From: a virus
Lineage: Duplodnaviria > Caudoviricetes
Direction: 5' to 3' (one strand)
IMG/VR virus record: IMGVR_UViG_3300031993_000012
Location: 1 to 64,000 of that record
Length of the DNA: 64,000 nt
Shown: piece by piece, positions 21,478 to 32,469 of the stretch
Numbering within the stretch: position 1 is the first letter of the stretch
Layout of the letters: each line of letters starts with the position of its first letter
Notes under the pieces: model-generated
What the model saw: only the letters and a program-made list of their open reading frames with translations
Told to the model about the DNA's origin: nothing
Database searches by the model: none
Program-made: the position numbers and the translations under genes

Positions 21478-24400
21478 TTATGATCTACGGCGCTGTACAT
21501 CAACGATGATCGGAACACGGAGGATCAGACCACGGAATACAACCTTAACACGACAAATTACAATGTCGCCGCCGTCTGTATTGAGTCCACGCTCGAACTG
21601 AATATCGAGTTCATCTACAAGAGAACCAACCCAGTTTGCGAACATTGTATCACACTCAGACTTAAGTGTCTTAAGAACTGAGTCATCAGAATATCTGTAG
21701 AGATACTCTTCAACCTTATTCTTCAACAGATAGCAGAGCTGTGAAAGTGTACGCATATTGGATTCCTGAACGAGGTCAGAAGTCTCTTCGTTGTAGAATG
21801 TTCTCTGAGTAGCACGCTTGAGATATCCGTTTGAATCTGGGAGCCAGATATTTGCAGAGTGACCCCAAACACGTGCACGCTCTTCCCAGTTGTTTGAATC
21901 GATATCTGGGAATACCGATACATACTCTGTAGGAGCGATTGTTGTGAAGTTTCCAGTAAATGGAACGTTGATTGTTTCATTCTTACAGTGTCTGATGAGG
22001 TTATCAACAGAACGCTTTACGAATGTATATGTGTAACCATCAGGTGTTGTAATACCACCGAGATCCCATGATGCATTCGGATTGTCGAATCTTGTATCGA
22101 AAGACTTCTCCAGTGCAGCAGCAACTTCGCCGTCAGTAATACAAGCATCGAAGAGTACCTGGAATCCTGAACCAGGACCAATTGGTCTCTTATCTTCGGG
22201 AATACCGTCGTATACACGCTCGATCATAAGATCATACATAGACTGCTTAACATCGATATCCTCAGGCTCAAGATCATCAATGATATCCGGATTATAAAGG
22301 ATTCTATCCTTTTCATCATCACTGAAGTTAACCGAACCGTTGATCCAGTCAGAAACTGAATGCTGTACAGGTGTGAGGAATGATGCACCAACAACGGTGT
22401 TATATGCTGCATCAAAGAGGAACTTTGCAGGTGTTCTGACAGTTGACTTGATTGACGGATCAATCTGACCACGGAATGCCTGTACAAGCAATGCTGCATA
22501 CTTATACTTGAATACAATCTCATCGATAGTATCATCATCAAGGAATCCAGCACTACCTTCACTGAGTACAACACCACCGTATGTTGAAGACAGGTTCTCA
22601 CCGTATGTAGGTGAATAGTAATCATCAGGAATCTTTACACCGTCAGTGGAGATTCTGTACAGTGAACCGATGATATTACCAACAACATAACGCTCAATCT
22701 CAACAGGTGATGCAGATGGAGTAACATTATAAGGTGCATTATCATCAGCAGTAATAGTAACCTTGATGTATTCGTTTGTATGATCCTCAGCAGTTCTTGT
22801 AAGGTATATAGCATTGCTGATAAGTTTTGTAGGTGTAGTTGAAGCATTACCAGGGATAGGTGTAACTTCCGTTGCACTACCATCGGCTCCGACACCTGTT
22901 ACGGTGAACTGTACATTCGGATCTGCTTCACCTTTACTGTAGTAAGTACCAGCAGCCCATGTAGGAGCGGCATCGCCTGTAACAGCAACATACTGTTTGG
23001 ATGAAGTATCGAATGTGAAATATGCTTTATAGTTTGTATCCCAATCAGTCGGTTTAGCTGTAGTGAGTGCATATTCTGTTGGTCTGAAGTATGTGTTAGG
23101 ACTCCATTCAGGAGCACTTTCACCAGCAGGCACAGCGGTATAGTCGCCGGTCGATGTCTTATATTCGTAATATCTTGTGTATTTCGTAGACCAGTCAGCA
23201 GGAGCTGTTTCAGATGTTACCTGAGTATATGCACCGTTTGTCATGACAACGTCACCAAGATTGAATCTGTGGCTACTTGCTGTAACTGTAGCTTTAGTGA
23301 TACTCCACTTAGTAATATCAGCTTCATTATATGCTATAATATCATAGCTCTGACCGATAAGATCAGTGGTGGTACCTGCTGAAGTAGGAACATTACCAAA
23401 CTTCAATGTGTTGTCATTGATATTGATTCTGTTAGCAGGGAATTCGGTTTCTGCTGTAACTTTATAGCCGTTAATGTAAACCTTACCGTCATAGATATCG
23501 ATAACTGGATATCCTACTACAGACTTACGCTTTTCAAGTACCCAGTTAGGCGCTGGCATAGGTGAAGGTGTAGGTTCAGCATGCTGAGCAGTACTGTCAC
23601 ATACAGCAACGATATTGTCCATACCGCTCTTTCTGTTGTAAGGAATAGCAGATATAACCTGAGAAGCAGTATAAGCTGTGCTAGCTGTACCCTCATCTTT
23701 TCTATAGAGAGTGAAGCTGGAAGCACTTGACTCAGAAGAATTAATTACAGCATAGATATCATCGACAACAATGTTATCAGCAGCCAACTGAGCATCAGTA
23801 GGTGTTGTGCTGTAAACCTTCTTGATAGATTTAGATGTATCATTAGCCTGACCACCAACATTAATACCGTTTACAGCAACGTCACCAGCCTTTGCAAGCG
23901 GATAAACTTTGTCGAAAGGTACTGCTGTAATAGCCTGAGTATACTGGTTGATACCGCTGATGAATACAAGTCTCGGGTTGGAATACTTTGATCCAGTAGC
24001 TGTAAGATATACATCACCAACATATACAGAGCAACCATTACGAGTTACACCATATGCAGCGTTGAGCATTTTATCCTCAAGAACTGCCGGATCAACACCT
24101 TCCTGGCCTGAATCGGTAGATACAGTAAGCAGACAGTTGCTTGAAGGAAGTTTCGGAATGCTAGGATCTTCAGCATCTACCTGATAGAAAGGCAGATTTG
24201 TATCAAGACCACCGCTGTGGATATATTTACCGGTAATGATATCGAATGTATTGACATTGAGTGTCTTGAATGTGTTGTTAACGAATGTATCATCATCGTA
24301 TCTACCGCTGTCAATGACTTCCTGATAGTGGTCCTTATACTTGTTGAAGATTTCAACAACAGCCTTTTCATTGATGAAAGGCTTGAGTACAGACGCACCC

Positions 24401-25173
24401 CTAGTACGCTCATTTACTGTGGTATTTACAGTTGAAACAGTCGAATCAGGATTATCGATATTTACGAGAGTTGCAACGAATTCCTCGATAACATTTGAAT
24501 TACGAGTATCGATTGTACCGAAGCTGTATCTGATGTTTGTAGGTCTACGACCCTGAGCAACAGTGTCGATAGCCATTCTCATGTTGTTGTATACTCCACC
24601 ACGACCAGCAGAAACAACAACAGCGAATACACGCTTAGTCCAACCATCAGCACTTGCTCCATCCTTGGAATACTGGTTAATCAGAGCCTGAGCCAGTCTT
24701 TCAGGATTCTTGAAGTTAGAGAGTACTGAGCCGAGAGGAGCTTCGTAATCAGTTTCAAACTTTACATGGAATATAGGCTCGTTACCAGTCTCGCCAGCAT
24801 CCCATTTATATGAAACGAATATTGTTACGAAAGCATAGGTTGCATCATCAGGTGTTACACGAAGAATCTGTACAGGTGAACCCTGGGATATCAGTGATAC
24901 CGGGTAGTCAACAACCTGTCCATACTTCTCGCGGTCTGCCATAGTGATATTGTTGAGGCCGTAACATACACGGGGGACAGTTGTATCCTGAAGTCTGATA
25001 ATCTTTCTGTCTTCACCCATCGGAAAAGCACCAACAACAAGTGTTGCAAACAATGACGGATCGTCTGCATATACGGCAGGTACTGTACCATCGTATGCAC
25101 TATTGTCTATGATATGAGTCATTACATGCGGAAATGGATATTTCATTCCATATTTTGCATCAATCATATTCAT
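21478..25173 (-). CDS. Contractile tail sheath protein with large internal insertion
   Basis: ILRVTPDDATYA, AGRGGVYN, FLFDAAY, SDLVQESNMRTL and a C-terminal VKVVFRGLILRVPIIVDV strand; 1231 aa. Confidence 0.8.
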   Translation of the reverse strand: MNMIDAKYGMKYPFPHVMTHIIDNSAYDGTVPAVYADDPSLFATLVVGAFPMGEDRKIIRLQDTTVPRVCYGLNNITMADREKYGQVVDYPVSLISQGSPVQILRVTPDDATYAFVTIFVSYKWDAGETGNEPIFHVKFETDYEAPLGSVLSNFKNPERLAQALINQYSKDGASADGWTKRVFAVVVSAGRGGVYNNMRMAIDTVAQGRRPTNIRYSFGTIDTRNSNVIEEFVATLVNIDNPDSTVSTVNTTVNERTRGASVLKPFINEKAVVEIFNKYKDHYQEVIDSGRYDDDTFVNNTFKTLNVNTFDIITGKYIHSGGLDTNLPFYQVDAEDPSIPKLPSSNCLLTVSTDSGQEGVDPAVLEDKMLNAAYGVTRNGCSVYVGDVYLTATGSKYSNPRLVFISGINQYTQAITAVPFDKVYPLAKAGDVAVNGINVGGQANDTSKSIKKVYSTTPTDAQLAADNIVVDDIYAVINSSESSASSFTLYRKDEGTASTAYTASQVISAIPYNRKSGMDNIVAVCDSTAQHAEPTPSPMPAPNWVLEKRKSVVGYPVIDIYDGKVYINGYKVTAETEFPANRININDNTLKFGNVPTSAGTTTDLIGQSYDIIAYNEADITKWSITKATVTASSHRFNLGDVVMTNGAYTQVTSETAPADWSTKYTRYYEYKTSTGDYTAVPAGESAPEWSPNTYFRPTEYALTTAKPTDWDTNYKAYFTFDTSSKQYVAVTGDAAPTWAAGTYYSKGEADPNVQFTVTGVGADGSATEVTPIPGNASTTPTKLISNAIYLTRTAEDHTNEYIKVTITADDNAPYNVTPSASPVEIERYVVGNIIGSLYRISTDGVKIPDDYYSPTYGENLSSTYGGVVLSEGSAGFLDDDTIDEIVFKYKYAALLVQAFRGQIDPSIKSTVRTPAKFLFDAAYNTVVGASFLTPVQHSVSDWINGSVNFSDDEKDRILYNPDIIDDLEPEDIDVKQSMYDLMIERVYDGIPEDKRPIGPGSGFQVLFDACITDGEVAAALEKSFDTRFDNPNASWDLGGITTPDGYTYTFVKRSVDNLIRHCKNETINVPFTGNFTTIAPTEYVSVFPDIDSNNWEERARVWGHSANIWLPDSNGYLKRATQRTFYNEETSDLVQESNMRTLSQLCYLLKNKVEEYLYRYSDDSVLKTLKSECDTMFANWVGSLVDELDIQFERGLNTDGGDIVICRVKVVFRGLILRVPIIVDVQRRRS

Positions 25174-25355
25174 ACTTTTTCATTTCCTTTCATAGAAATT
25201 TATCTGTACTAATCATATGAATCGCAAATATAATTTATACAAATATAAGTTGACCAGTATTATCAACGTAAGAATCGCATTACATCGTAAAGCTGGTGCT
25301 TATTGATTCGTTGATATATATAATGTATAGGCGGGGATTAACCCCGCCATTTGCA

Positions 25356-26282
25356 TTATATTATTTCATCTCCGAGTTTCTTTATTTTATAAGAACGATC
25401 GAATTCATCGATTGCGGTACCAGCTTCGATATCAACAGATTTAATTTTTGCATTTGGTAAACCAGTTGGATTAGAAACCATTTGGTCATTTGCATCGAAC
25501 TGTGCAAACTTAACATCATTTGAATTATCACCAACAACAACGAATGTTTGAACACCATTGCGTTCATTCTGTATATTAGCATTTGGTGATATAATGGAAT
25601 CGAGTAAATTAGCAGCATCAGAAACATTTGCCGGTGTATATTCCTGAGGAGCCATTGTTTCCATCGGTACTGCATTTGCGGCATAAATGGAATCCAATAC
25701 TTCAGTACCAAATCCAGTTGCACTGGTTTTAGTTTCACCATTATTACCACCACCAAGTGAACCAACACCAGTTGTGGATTGTTGTTTGATTTTCAAATCT
25801 GCGATGTGTTTCTTAATGTTGATTTGTTTTTCATTAATAGAAACGATTGCATTACGTGCAGCTGTAATAGCTTGCATACTTTCGATATCTTCTTCAGTAA
25901 CACCAAATTTATTTTTATCTGTCAAAGATTCAAGGGTTTTCTTTTCGAATACTTTCAGAATCTTTGCTTGGTCTGCGGCTAACGCGCGCAATGCATTGAT
26001 ATCAGAATTGAATATTTTATTTGGATCAACTCGATCTGATAATGGTGGTAAATAACTCTCATCATTCATTGTACGTAACATTGGAGATCCAGATTCCCAA
26101 TGCGATGATGCATACGGCATCGTCATGTAATTATTGAGATGATAGTATGTTGGTTCCATTTTTAAAGTATCATACATACCTTGGAAACCACTGATTGGTT
26201 GCGGAGTTTCAGGTACTGATGTTGGTGAAGGTTCATTTGTACCGTACTGCTCCATACATTTAAACATATCAAATAGTGCCAT
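25356..26282 (-). CDS. Hypothetical protein with coiled-coil region, start MALFDM
   Basis: GAGGAG RBS before ATG 26282. Confidence 0.7.
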   Translation of the reverse strand: MALFDMFKCMEQYGTNEPSPTSVPETPQPISGFQGMYDTLKMEPTYYHLNNYMTMPYASSHWESGSPMLRTMNDESYLPPLSDRVDPNKIFNSDINALRALAADQAKILKVFEKKTLESLTDKNKFGVTEEDIESMQAITAARNAIVSINEKQINIKKHIADLKIKQQSTTGVGSLGGGNNGETKTSATGFGTEVLDSIYAANAVPMETMAPQEYTPANVSDAANLLDSIISPNANIQNERNGVQTFVVVGDNSNDVKFAQFDANDQMVSNPTGLPNAKIKSVDIEAGTAIDEFDRSYKIKKLGDEII

Positions 26283-26284
26283 CT

Positions 26285-26587
26285 TTATTTCTCCTCGATA
26301 GTATTCATCCAACGTTGAATACAATGATAACAATCGCATGTTTCATCATCGTTGAATGTACATTTAGGTTTTGCACCAAGTAATGATAATATACAATAAC
26401 GATTGTCATCATGATACTTGGTGAGATTGTCATTCATAGTTATTAAAATATCACATATGTTATATTTGTTCAATGATATGTAATGTTTCAAACCATTCTC
26501 CATTTTGAATAATGGTCGTTGTTGCATCTGTTTCTTTGGTAATGATTTAGGTTGATACTTTTTTAATATATCTGGAATACCAAACAT
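26285..26587 (-). CDS. Hypothetical Cys-containing protein
   Basis: 100-aa ORF with AAGGAG RBS, C-terminal C..CDCYHC cluster. Confidence 0.65.
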   Translation of the reverse strand: MFGIPDILKKYQPKSLPKKQMQQRPLFKMENGLKHYISLNKYNICDILITMNDNLTKYHDDNRYCILSLLGAKPKCTFNDDETCDCYHCIQRWMNTIEEK

Positions 26588-26601
26588 ATCAGATCATCTC
26601 C

Positions 26602-28104
26602 TTAAAGCTTCGTCAACGTGTATAATGCCGACGTGAATTCAAGTCCAGTTGAAAAAATTCCTGTACCTTGTAAACGAGTGTTAGATATTTTTGCCAACAT
26701 TATTCTTTCAGCTTCTTCATTTGCTTCATCCGTCATTAATCCACAACTCTTGACGGTGTCTCCATCGTAGTCACCCAGCCATTTTGGTAAGTTACTATTG
26801 GATGGAGTGAGTGTGTCTTTGAAGAATGTAGCAACACGATAATGATCCATATCAGGATCGACTATCGGATAGTATGGAAAATGTTCGTTATTGAATGTAA
26901 TATCCATTGTTCGGTTTGTCGATAATACAACAACATGTGTGAAGAATGCACCCAAATAATTACCAATCGGATATCGTACGGCGTAACACATACGTTTTGC
27001 ATCAACGATACCATGTTTTGCCGCAATGTAAATCACATCGGTTAATGTTAATGGGCGTGTAATGGTTTCTTGTTTTTTATTGTCATATAATGTAATTGTG
27101 ATTGGTTTTTGATGTTCAGGATCCAAATACAGTATACGGAAACGAGCACCATAATTTTCACGGTATACATCCAACATATCCGCTATAGCACGTTCATCAT
27201 ACATGTTTGCTAACATCGCACCGTTTACTTCTTCGGGATTATTATGAATGGCTTTGATGTTATTTACCGAAAGAAACTCTTTGATTTGGAATCTTAATAT
27301 AGGATTGAATAATGTACACAATGTATGGAGTGGATAACCCGTCTCATATACTCCAATAAAAGGTTCGTCATCTTTGTATGTTGGAGCGGAAATAACGTTT
27401 CTTGCTGTCCATACTGCTGTCTTTGCCAATAGATTCTTTTGGAGAAATCCATTTTTGGTTCCAAGATATTTTTGAATATAAGTATACAATTCAACGATTG
27501 CATCTTGGAGTTTATTATGTACTTGAGCAGCAGTGGTGGTTACACGTGCCGTAATTGATTTGTATCCTAAAATTTTCATATAAATAGAATTGATTTCGGA
27601 TTTAACAGCACGACCATTCCTCATACCGATTGGACGGAAGTTTGGTGGAAGCACCAATAATTTATTGATGAATATTAAATCTCTCGGACATTTAGTCAAT
27701 ATATCGATATTATCATCACTACGGGTTTTCAATGTTTTCTTGATATCGATATCATTCCATATCTTATACAAATCAACCATACCAGAATATTGACCATCTG
27801 GAGATTCGGTTAATACTCCTTTGATTAAATCATATCTGGCTAAACCATACGCACATTTTCTAATAACACCACCAGAACGTGCAATGATTGTTTTTGCAAC
27901 CATTGGATTGAATACTCTGATTGGGAGTTTGATATAACCACATCTGTACCAACGTTCATTTGGAGTGGTACCAAATATTTCTTCTGAGAATAATCCCGCA
28001 GGATTATAAACATTTTGTGATCTGTAAATAACCGAAGAAGTTACCTCTTTTAAATCATTAATTTTAATATCTTCTTCTATATTATATAAACCTTGCACTT
28101 TCAT
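26602..28104 (-). CDS. rpoC: RNA polymerase beta' subunit, N-terminal/catalytic part (probably virion RNAP)
   Basis: GLFSEEIFG, GYIKL, LLVLPPNFRP, ARNVIS, RYP and catalytic GDYDGD (NADFDGD equivalent); co-oriented with the tail genes. Confidence 0.92.
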   Translation of the reverse strand: MKVQGLYNIEEDIKINDLKEVTSSVIYRSQNVYNPAGLFSEEIFGTTPNERWYRCGYIKLPIRVFNPMVAKTIIARSGGVIRKCAYGLARYDLIKGVLTESPDGQYSGMVDLYKIWNDIDIKKTLKTRSDDNIDILTKCPRDLIFINKLLVLPPNFRPIGMRNGRAVKSEINSIYMKILGYKSITARVTTTAAQVHNKLQDAIVELYTYIQKYLGTKNGFLQKNLLAKTAVWTARNVISAPTYKDDEPFIGVYETGYPLHTLCTLFNPILRFQIKEFLSVNNIKAIHNNPEEVNGAMLANMYDERAIADMLDVYRENYGARFRILYLDPEHQKPITITLYDNKKQETITRPLTLTDVIYIAAKHGIVDAKRMCYAVRYPIGNYLGAFFTHVVVLSTNRTMDITFNNEHFPYYPIVDPDMDHYRVATFFKDTLTPSNSNLPKWLGDYDGDTVKSCGLMTDEANEEAERIMLAKISNTRLQGTGIFSTGLEFTSALYTLTKL

Positions 28105-28169
28105 TTATATTCATTCCTTTCATGAATGGATTTTTACGAACGAGTTTTTCCAATTATATTTTCGAAACA

Positions 28170-28240
28170 ATATTTATATCATTTTTTTGTACAAGGAACC
28201 AACATCTTTGTACACTTAAATCAGAAGGAGGTTATTAAAA
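28170..28240 (+). promoter_or_regulatory. Promoter + hairpin leader shared by the two RNAP beta-half genes (copy 2)
   Basis: Closely matches 11933-12001. Confidence 0.75.
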
Positions 28241-30324
28241 ATGATTGATTACATTTTTGATGATGACGAGAATCCAATGAATAACGTGACCATTAATCTT
28301 GGTACTGATAGACCATTATATCAGTACGTGATTAAAGCGTTAAAATCATTGGAGATTATCCAATTAATGAGATTGAATCCGATTAAGGATGCTCCAAAGG
28401 ATAGTTATCCATTTCTCATTGTTGGTAATTTCAAATGGAACCCACATCCGGATCCATCTGAACTACAAACACGTCGTCGTGAAACTGGTACTAAGATTCA
28501 AACTAAAAGCATTGCCGATATCCGAGTCGGTTTGTTGGATTTTGATATCGTATGGGGAGCACGTGACAAAAACAAATTCTTGGAGAAACATATCGATCAT
28601 AATACATTATTGATTCCGATTGCTGATGATCAAGGTCGATATTTACTTGATAATGAATTGTATACAGAATATCAGTTGGTAGATAAATTTCTGTATCCAT
28701 CCGGTGCAAATTCTGTAACGTTGAAATCGTTACTTCCGATTGTGGTTCGTCGTTCAGAACATGATTTGATATCAATGGATGGTTTTGTTGTTACATGTAC
28801 GAAAGTAATGGATGTAATGATATTCAAAACATACGAATCAATCATTACATGTTTCATGCACATAACATCACCATTATCATTCCTTGGTGTATTTCCGGTT
28901 GTTCAATATACGGATAAAATCATTGATGATAAAAATGATTTCGAATATTTCCAACCAATTAAAGAACGTCCAATTTATATCAAAGCGTATCGTAAAGGTT
29001 TGGAACAATTTGAATATGTTCGTTCGATTGTATATATGCTCGTACAGGTAATCAAAGAATATGAACCACAAAATATTGATGAAGTACGAGATCCATCATG
29101 GTGGGTATATCAGTTATCATATTATCCGAATAATGAAATCGAACATCGTGGTGCATGTAATGTAATGCATGTTGCACGAATGTTGGATTCAATATCAGCA
29201 TGGGAACTTCCAATCCCAGAATGTGACAAACGTAATATGGTTTCATTATTGAGATATGTATTACAAACGGAATTCACTGATGTTAATATATATTCATTCG
29301 AAAATAAACGTATCCGTTTGAATGAAGTAATATCAACAATTGTTACTGCGAAAGTATCGGATAATTTGAAACGTTTATTCCGTTATGGTATATTGGCAAA
29401 AACAAAAGATTCGGAAGCAAGTATGAAATTCTCACCGAATCTAATTATATCCAAAATACATTCATTGGGAACGATCCATACAACGGATTTCACAAATGAT
29501 ATGGATTATTACCAGTCACTTAAAGTCACGCGCAAAGGTCAATTAGCGGCCTGACACTTCATATATGCGGGAACGTCTTGGGTGGTGACAATAATTCCAA
29601 GAGGCGACTCATAGTTTACGAACAGAATATGAGCGTTGGGTAAAGCTTTAACTACCAAATGTCGAATGGTAATGCTGACGACTTCCGAAAGGTATGGTAA
29701 TAAGGTTAAAGATATATCCTCAATCCGCACGCAAGGGATGATGCAAAATCATCGTCATTTCAGCGTCAACGACTATCTCAGAAATGGGAGTACACTCATA
29801 AGCTAATGATGAGTGGATACGAAGTGCATATGATTGTCGGGATGATAAGCATATGAAGATATAGTCTGCTCTTCAGGGAAATCCTGAAGAAGTTCATAAA
29901 AGAACTGCATGATTTTGCGAATCATGTGAACACAAGGCCTAATGCATTAGGAAGAACCGACCAGCATAAAGTTGGTTTCGGCCATAAACAACTTAACCCG
30001 TCACAGATTGGAGTAATAGATCTGTATGAATCCGTAAAGGATGTTGGACAGACATGTATGCTTTCACCATATGCTGATCTCACAATCCTTCAGGAATATG
30101 ACAGAAATAAATATCCAAATATTAAATACGATTTATTTAAATTCATCCAAGACGAATTCAGAGATTATTCAGCAATATATTTCAATTGTGAAACCATTGA
30201 AGAATACAATGATATTCTGGATAAACTTTGTTACGAATCAACTATCACACTTGACTATTATATACCAAATCTCATCAACAATGGTCTTGGTGGATTTATA
30301 ATGAATAGTAAAGGTGGTTTCTAA
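28241..30324 (+). CDS. rpoB: RNA polymerase beta subunit, N-terminal half, spliced: join(28241..29539,29938..30324), 561 aa
   Basis: NKRIRLNE motif; joining the exons restores TRKG|PNALG (GPGGL equivalent) followed by LNPSQIGVID (VHxSHYGRIC equivalent). Confidence 0.85.
29540..29937 (+). ncRNA. Group I self-splicing intron (398 nt, no internal ORF)
   Basis: 5' exon ends in U and intron ends in G; P1 AGGU/C pairs with GGCCU (U-G at the splice site); P10 AUUAG pairs with exon CUAAU; P AUGCGGGAA, Q AAUCCGCA, R CAACGACUA, S AAGAUAUAGUC. Confidence 0.93.
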
Positions 30325-30882
30325 ATGAAACGTATTAACTACACACTTGCATACGGTAGTATCAATAAGGATTTACGACTCGATTTCATCTATTCACTTG
30401 ATGAAGATCCTGAAAGTAAATACAAAACAATTACCAAAAAGCCGGAATCTACAACAACATACATCAGACCAAATTACGCAATGTCGATTTCAGAAGGATT
30501 CGAAAAACCGCGTATGTTCATTCCTGGAACACATGTACGGTTATTCTTCGATATGTTAGCGAGAACCGTTAAAGCAGTATCAGAAAAGTTAAATGTATTA
30601 TTTCCGAAAATCGGTAATCCTGAGTTTGACATCAGTGAAACAGCTCTACAAGAATTCACAATCAAAGATGCTGTTTCGGTTATTGGTTATACTGCGCTTC
30701 CATGTGTTTATGTCACTCCAGACAATGAGTGTAAACCAGCAATACGTATAACCAATACCAAAGGTGAATTTATCAGGTTACCATTGACTGATGCGATTGT
30801 ATTATCAAAAACATATGAACATATGGATATTGATGTATTGAGTTTTACAATACTTAATATGATGAAAGCATCTAGAATTTAA
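30325..30882 (+). CDS. Hypothetical protein
   Basis: 185-aa ORF starting immediately after the beta-N stop. Confidence 0.75.
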   Translation: MKRINYTLAYGSINKDLRLDFIYSLDEDPESKYKTITKKPESTTTYIRPNYAMSISEGFEKPRMFIPGTHVRLFFDMLARTVKAVSEKLNVLFPKIGNPEFDISETALQEFTIKDAVSVIGYTALPCVYVTPDNECKPAIRITNTKGEFIRLPLTDAIVLSKTYEHMDIDVLSFTILNMMKASRI

Positions 30883-30885
30883 TAA

Positions 30886-31170
30886 TTCTATATTTATATA
30901 ATTCTTATGGATATAGGTATATACCATATCAAATGGATTCGATTATCAATATCAGAATTCAGAAATCTGTATCGAATCCATTATCCCTCCATGGTAGTTG
31001 GTCATGCTGTGGAAGGATAAATAAAACAGTGGGACCTTGAGTAGTCCGGGGCGAATGTGGATGAAATTGGAATCCCGAATCGGTTGGTATGCTGTCCAAC
31101 CACTCACAATTTTCATCATATCAACCCGGGGTGTCTCCCGGGTTGGTAAATCTTTTTATGAGGAGGAAAA
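30886..31170 (+). ncRNA. Promoter followed by a highly structured leader or ncRNA of about 250 nt
   Basis: TTCTATATTTATATAATTCTTATG motif (same as 47269); stems ATGGATTCGAT/ATCGAATCCAT, GATGAAATTG/CAATTTTCATC, GGTTGG/CCAACC, CAACCCGGG/CCCGGGTTG. Confidence 0.4.
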
Positions 31171-31173
31171 TAT

Positions 31174-31410
31174 ATGACAGCAAAAGAACGTGTCGAGATG
31201 GGTCAACATTCACTGGAAGCATTCCATCATGCACGAGAATTAGAAAAACAGATCCAAGAATACAAAGAAGCCCCGCTCAAATATGAACGTTCGCATCCGG
31301 AATTTGATATTGATGAGGCCATTCGTTTGTATCATGAATTCATGGATGAGTTCGATAAATCATTTAAAACATTACAGGAGGATTTTGCAAATGAAGATAA
31401 ACCCACATAA
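31174..31410 (+). CDS. Hypothetical protein
   Basis: 78 aa, GAGGAGG RBS. Confidence 0.7.
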   Translation: MTAKERVEMGQHSLEAFHHARELEKQIQEYKEAPLKYERSHPEFDIDEAIRLYHEFMDEFDKSFKTLQEDFANEDKPT

Positions 31411-31654
31411 AATTTATATATCTGATCCTCACCGACTTAATGGTGAAGATGTCGGTTATCAGAAACTGATACATGTGTACAACCGCCAGGAAATGGCGGA
31501 TAGATTAGAGTTGCTATTTGCAACTAAACATGAAATCGAATTTGCTTCATCACATCGTGGGTTAACCAATTACGATGTTGAAAAATTCACGTCAGCCACA
31601 ACAGAGATAGAATCAATTCTGTCAGAATTATTACGTGATTTCAGGGAGGAATAG
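31391..31654 (+). CDS. Hypothetical protein, start MKINPH
   Basis: AGGAGG RBS before ATG 31391. Confidence 0.65.
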   Translation: MKINPHKIYISDPHRLNGEDVGYQKLIHVYNRQEMADRLELLFATKHEIEFASSHRGLTNYDVEKFTSATTEIESILSELLRDFREE

Positions 31655-31656
31655 TT

Positions 31657-32469
31657 ATGTCATTGCCAGTCTTAAGAAAAAAGAAGAACAAAGTGTTTGT
31701 ATCCCAACCAATGCAGCATGCAACTGCTGAACAAGTGCACAAAGAACGTGATGGAATAATGAATAAATTAAAGCAGGTGTATCCTGAACATGAGTTCGAA
31801 TTAATCGAGCAGTATCATGTTGCAGAACCTGCTGACTGGAAGGATAAATCACCACGTGAACTCAGATGGGCACGTTTAGCACGTTCCATTGATATGATGT
31901 CAAAAGCAGATGTTATTGTTTTTGCAGAGTCATTCATGGAAACATTCGCCGCCGGTTGTCAGGCTGAACATACAGTCGCAATGGCATACAAGACTGAATA
32001 TGATGATGGTGAATATCATGTTATTCACGCCAGTGAACTTAACAGATATATCAAAAATAATGGTTTGAATCCGTTACAAAAGAACATCAATAATTGTATT
32101 GATGCTGACATAAAAGATTTCATCGACTATTATGAAGAATTAATAGCCATTATAAGAAGATACATGCCGGTTGATGAACCGACTGCTGCAAATGATACCG
32201 AAAATGAATGGTATGTGGAATTCGTTCACTTACCATATTACATGTGTTCATCACTATCTAAATCATGTTTAATTGATGATGAGGATTATGATAACGGCGA
32301 ATTCTTCAAATTTGTATTTGAATATGGATATAACGAAATGTCAAGGATTGTAATCAAATCATACAATAATGGTGAGACTAAGGGCCTCAAAGTTGATGAA
32401 TACACAGTATCACCTGGCACAACAGTACCCATCGCTATATTCGAAGCACTTCGTGAGGCGTGTGAATAA
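31657..32469 (+). CDS. DUF4406/nucleoside 2-deoxyribosyltransferase-like domain protein
   Basis: KVFVSQPM...SIDMMSKADVIVF...GCQAEHTVA pattern in the N-terminal 120 aa. Confidence 0.65.
   Translation: MSLPVLRKKKNKVFVSQPMQHATAEQVHKERDGIMNKLKQVYPEHEFELIEQYHVAEPADWKDKSPRELRWARLARSIDMMSKADVIVFAESFMETFAAGCQAEHTVAMAYKTEYDDGEYHVIHASELNRYIKNNGLNPLQKNINNCIDADIKDFIDYYEELIAIIRRYMPVDEPTAANDTENEWYVEFVHLPYYMCSSLSKSCLIDDEDYDNGEFFKFVFEYGYNEMSRIVIKSYNNGETKGLKVDEYTVSPGTTVPIAIFEALREACE

Noticed and set aside
29926-30324. Independent 132-aa gene
   Set aside because: It is exon 2 of the intron-split RNAP beta-N gene; its GTG start lies inside the intron
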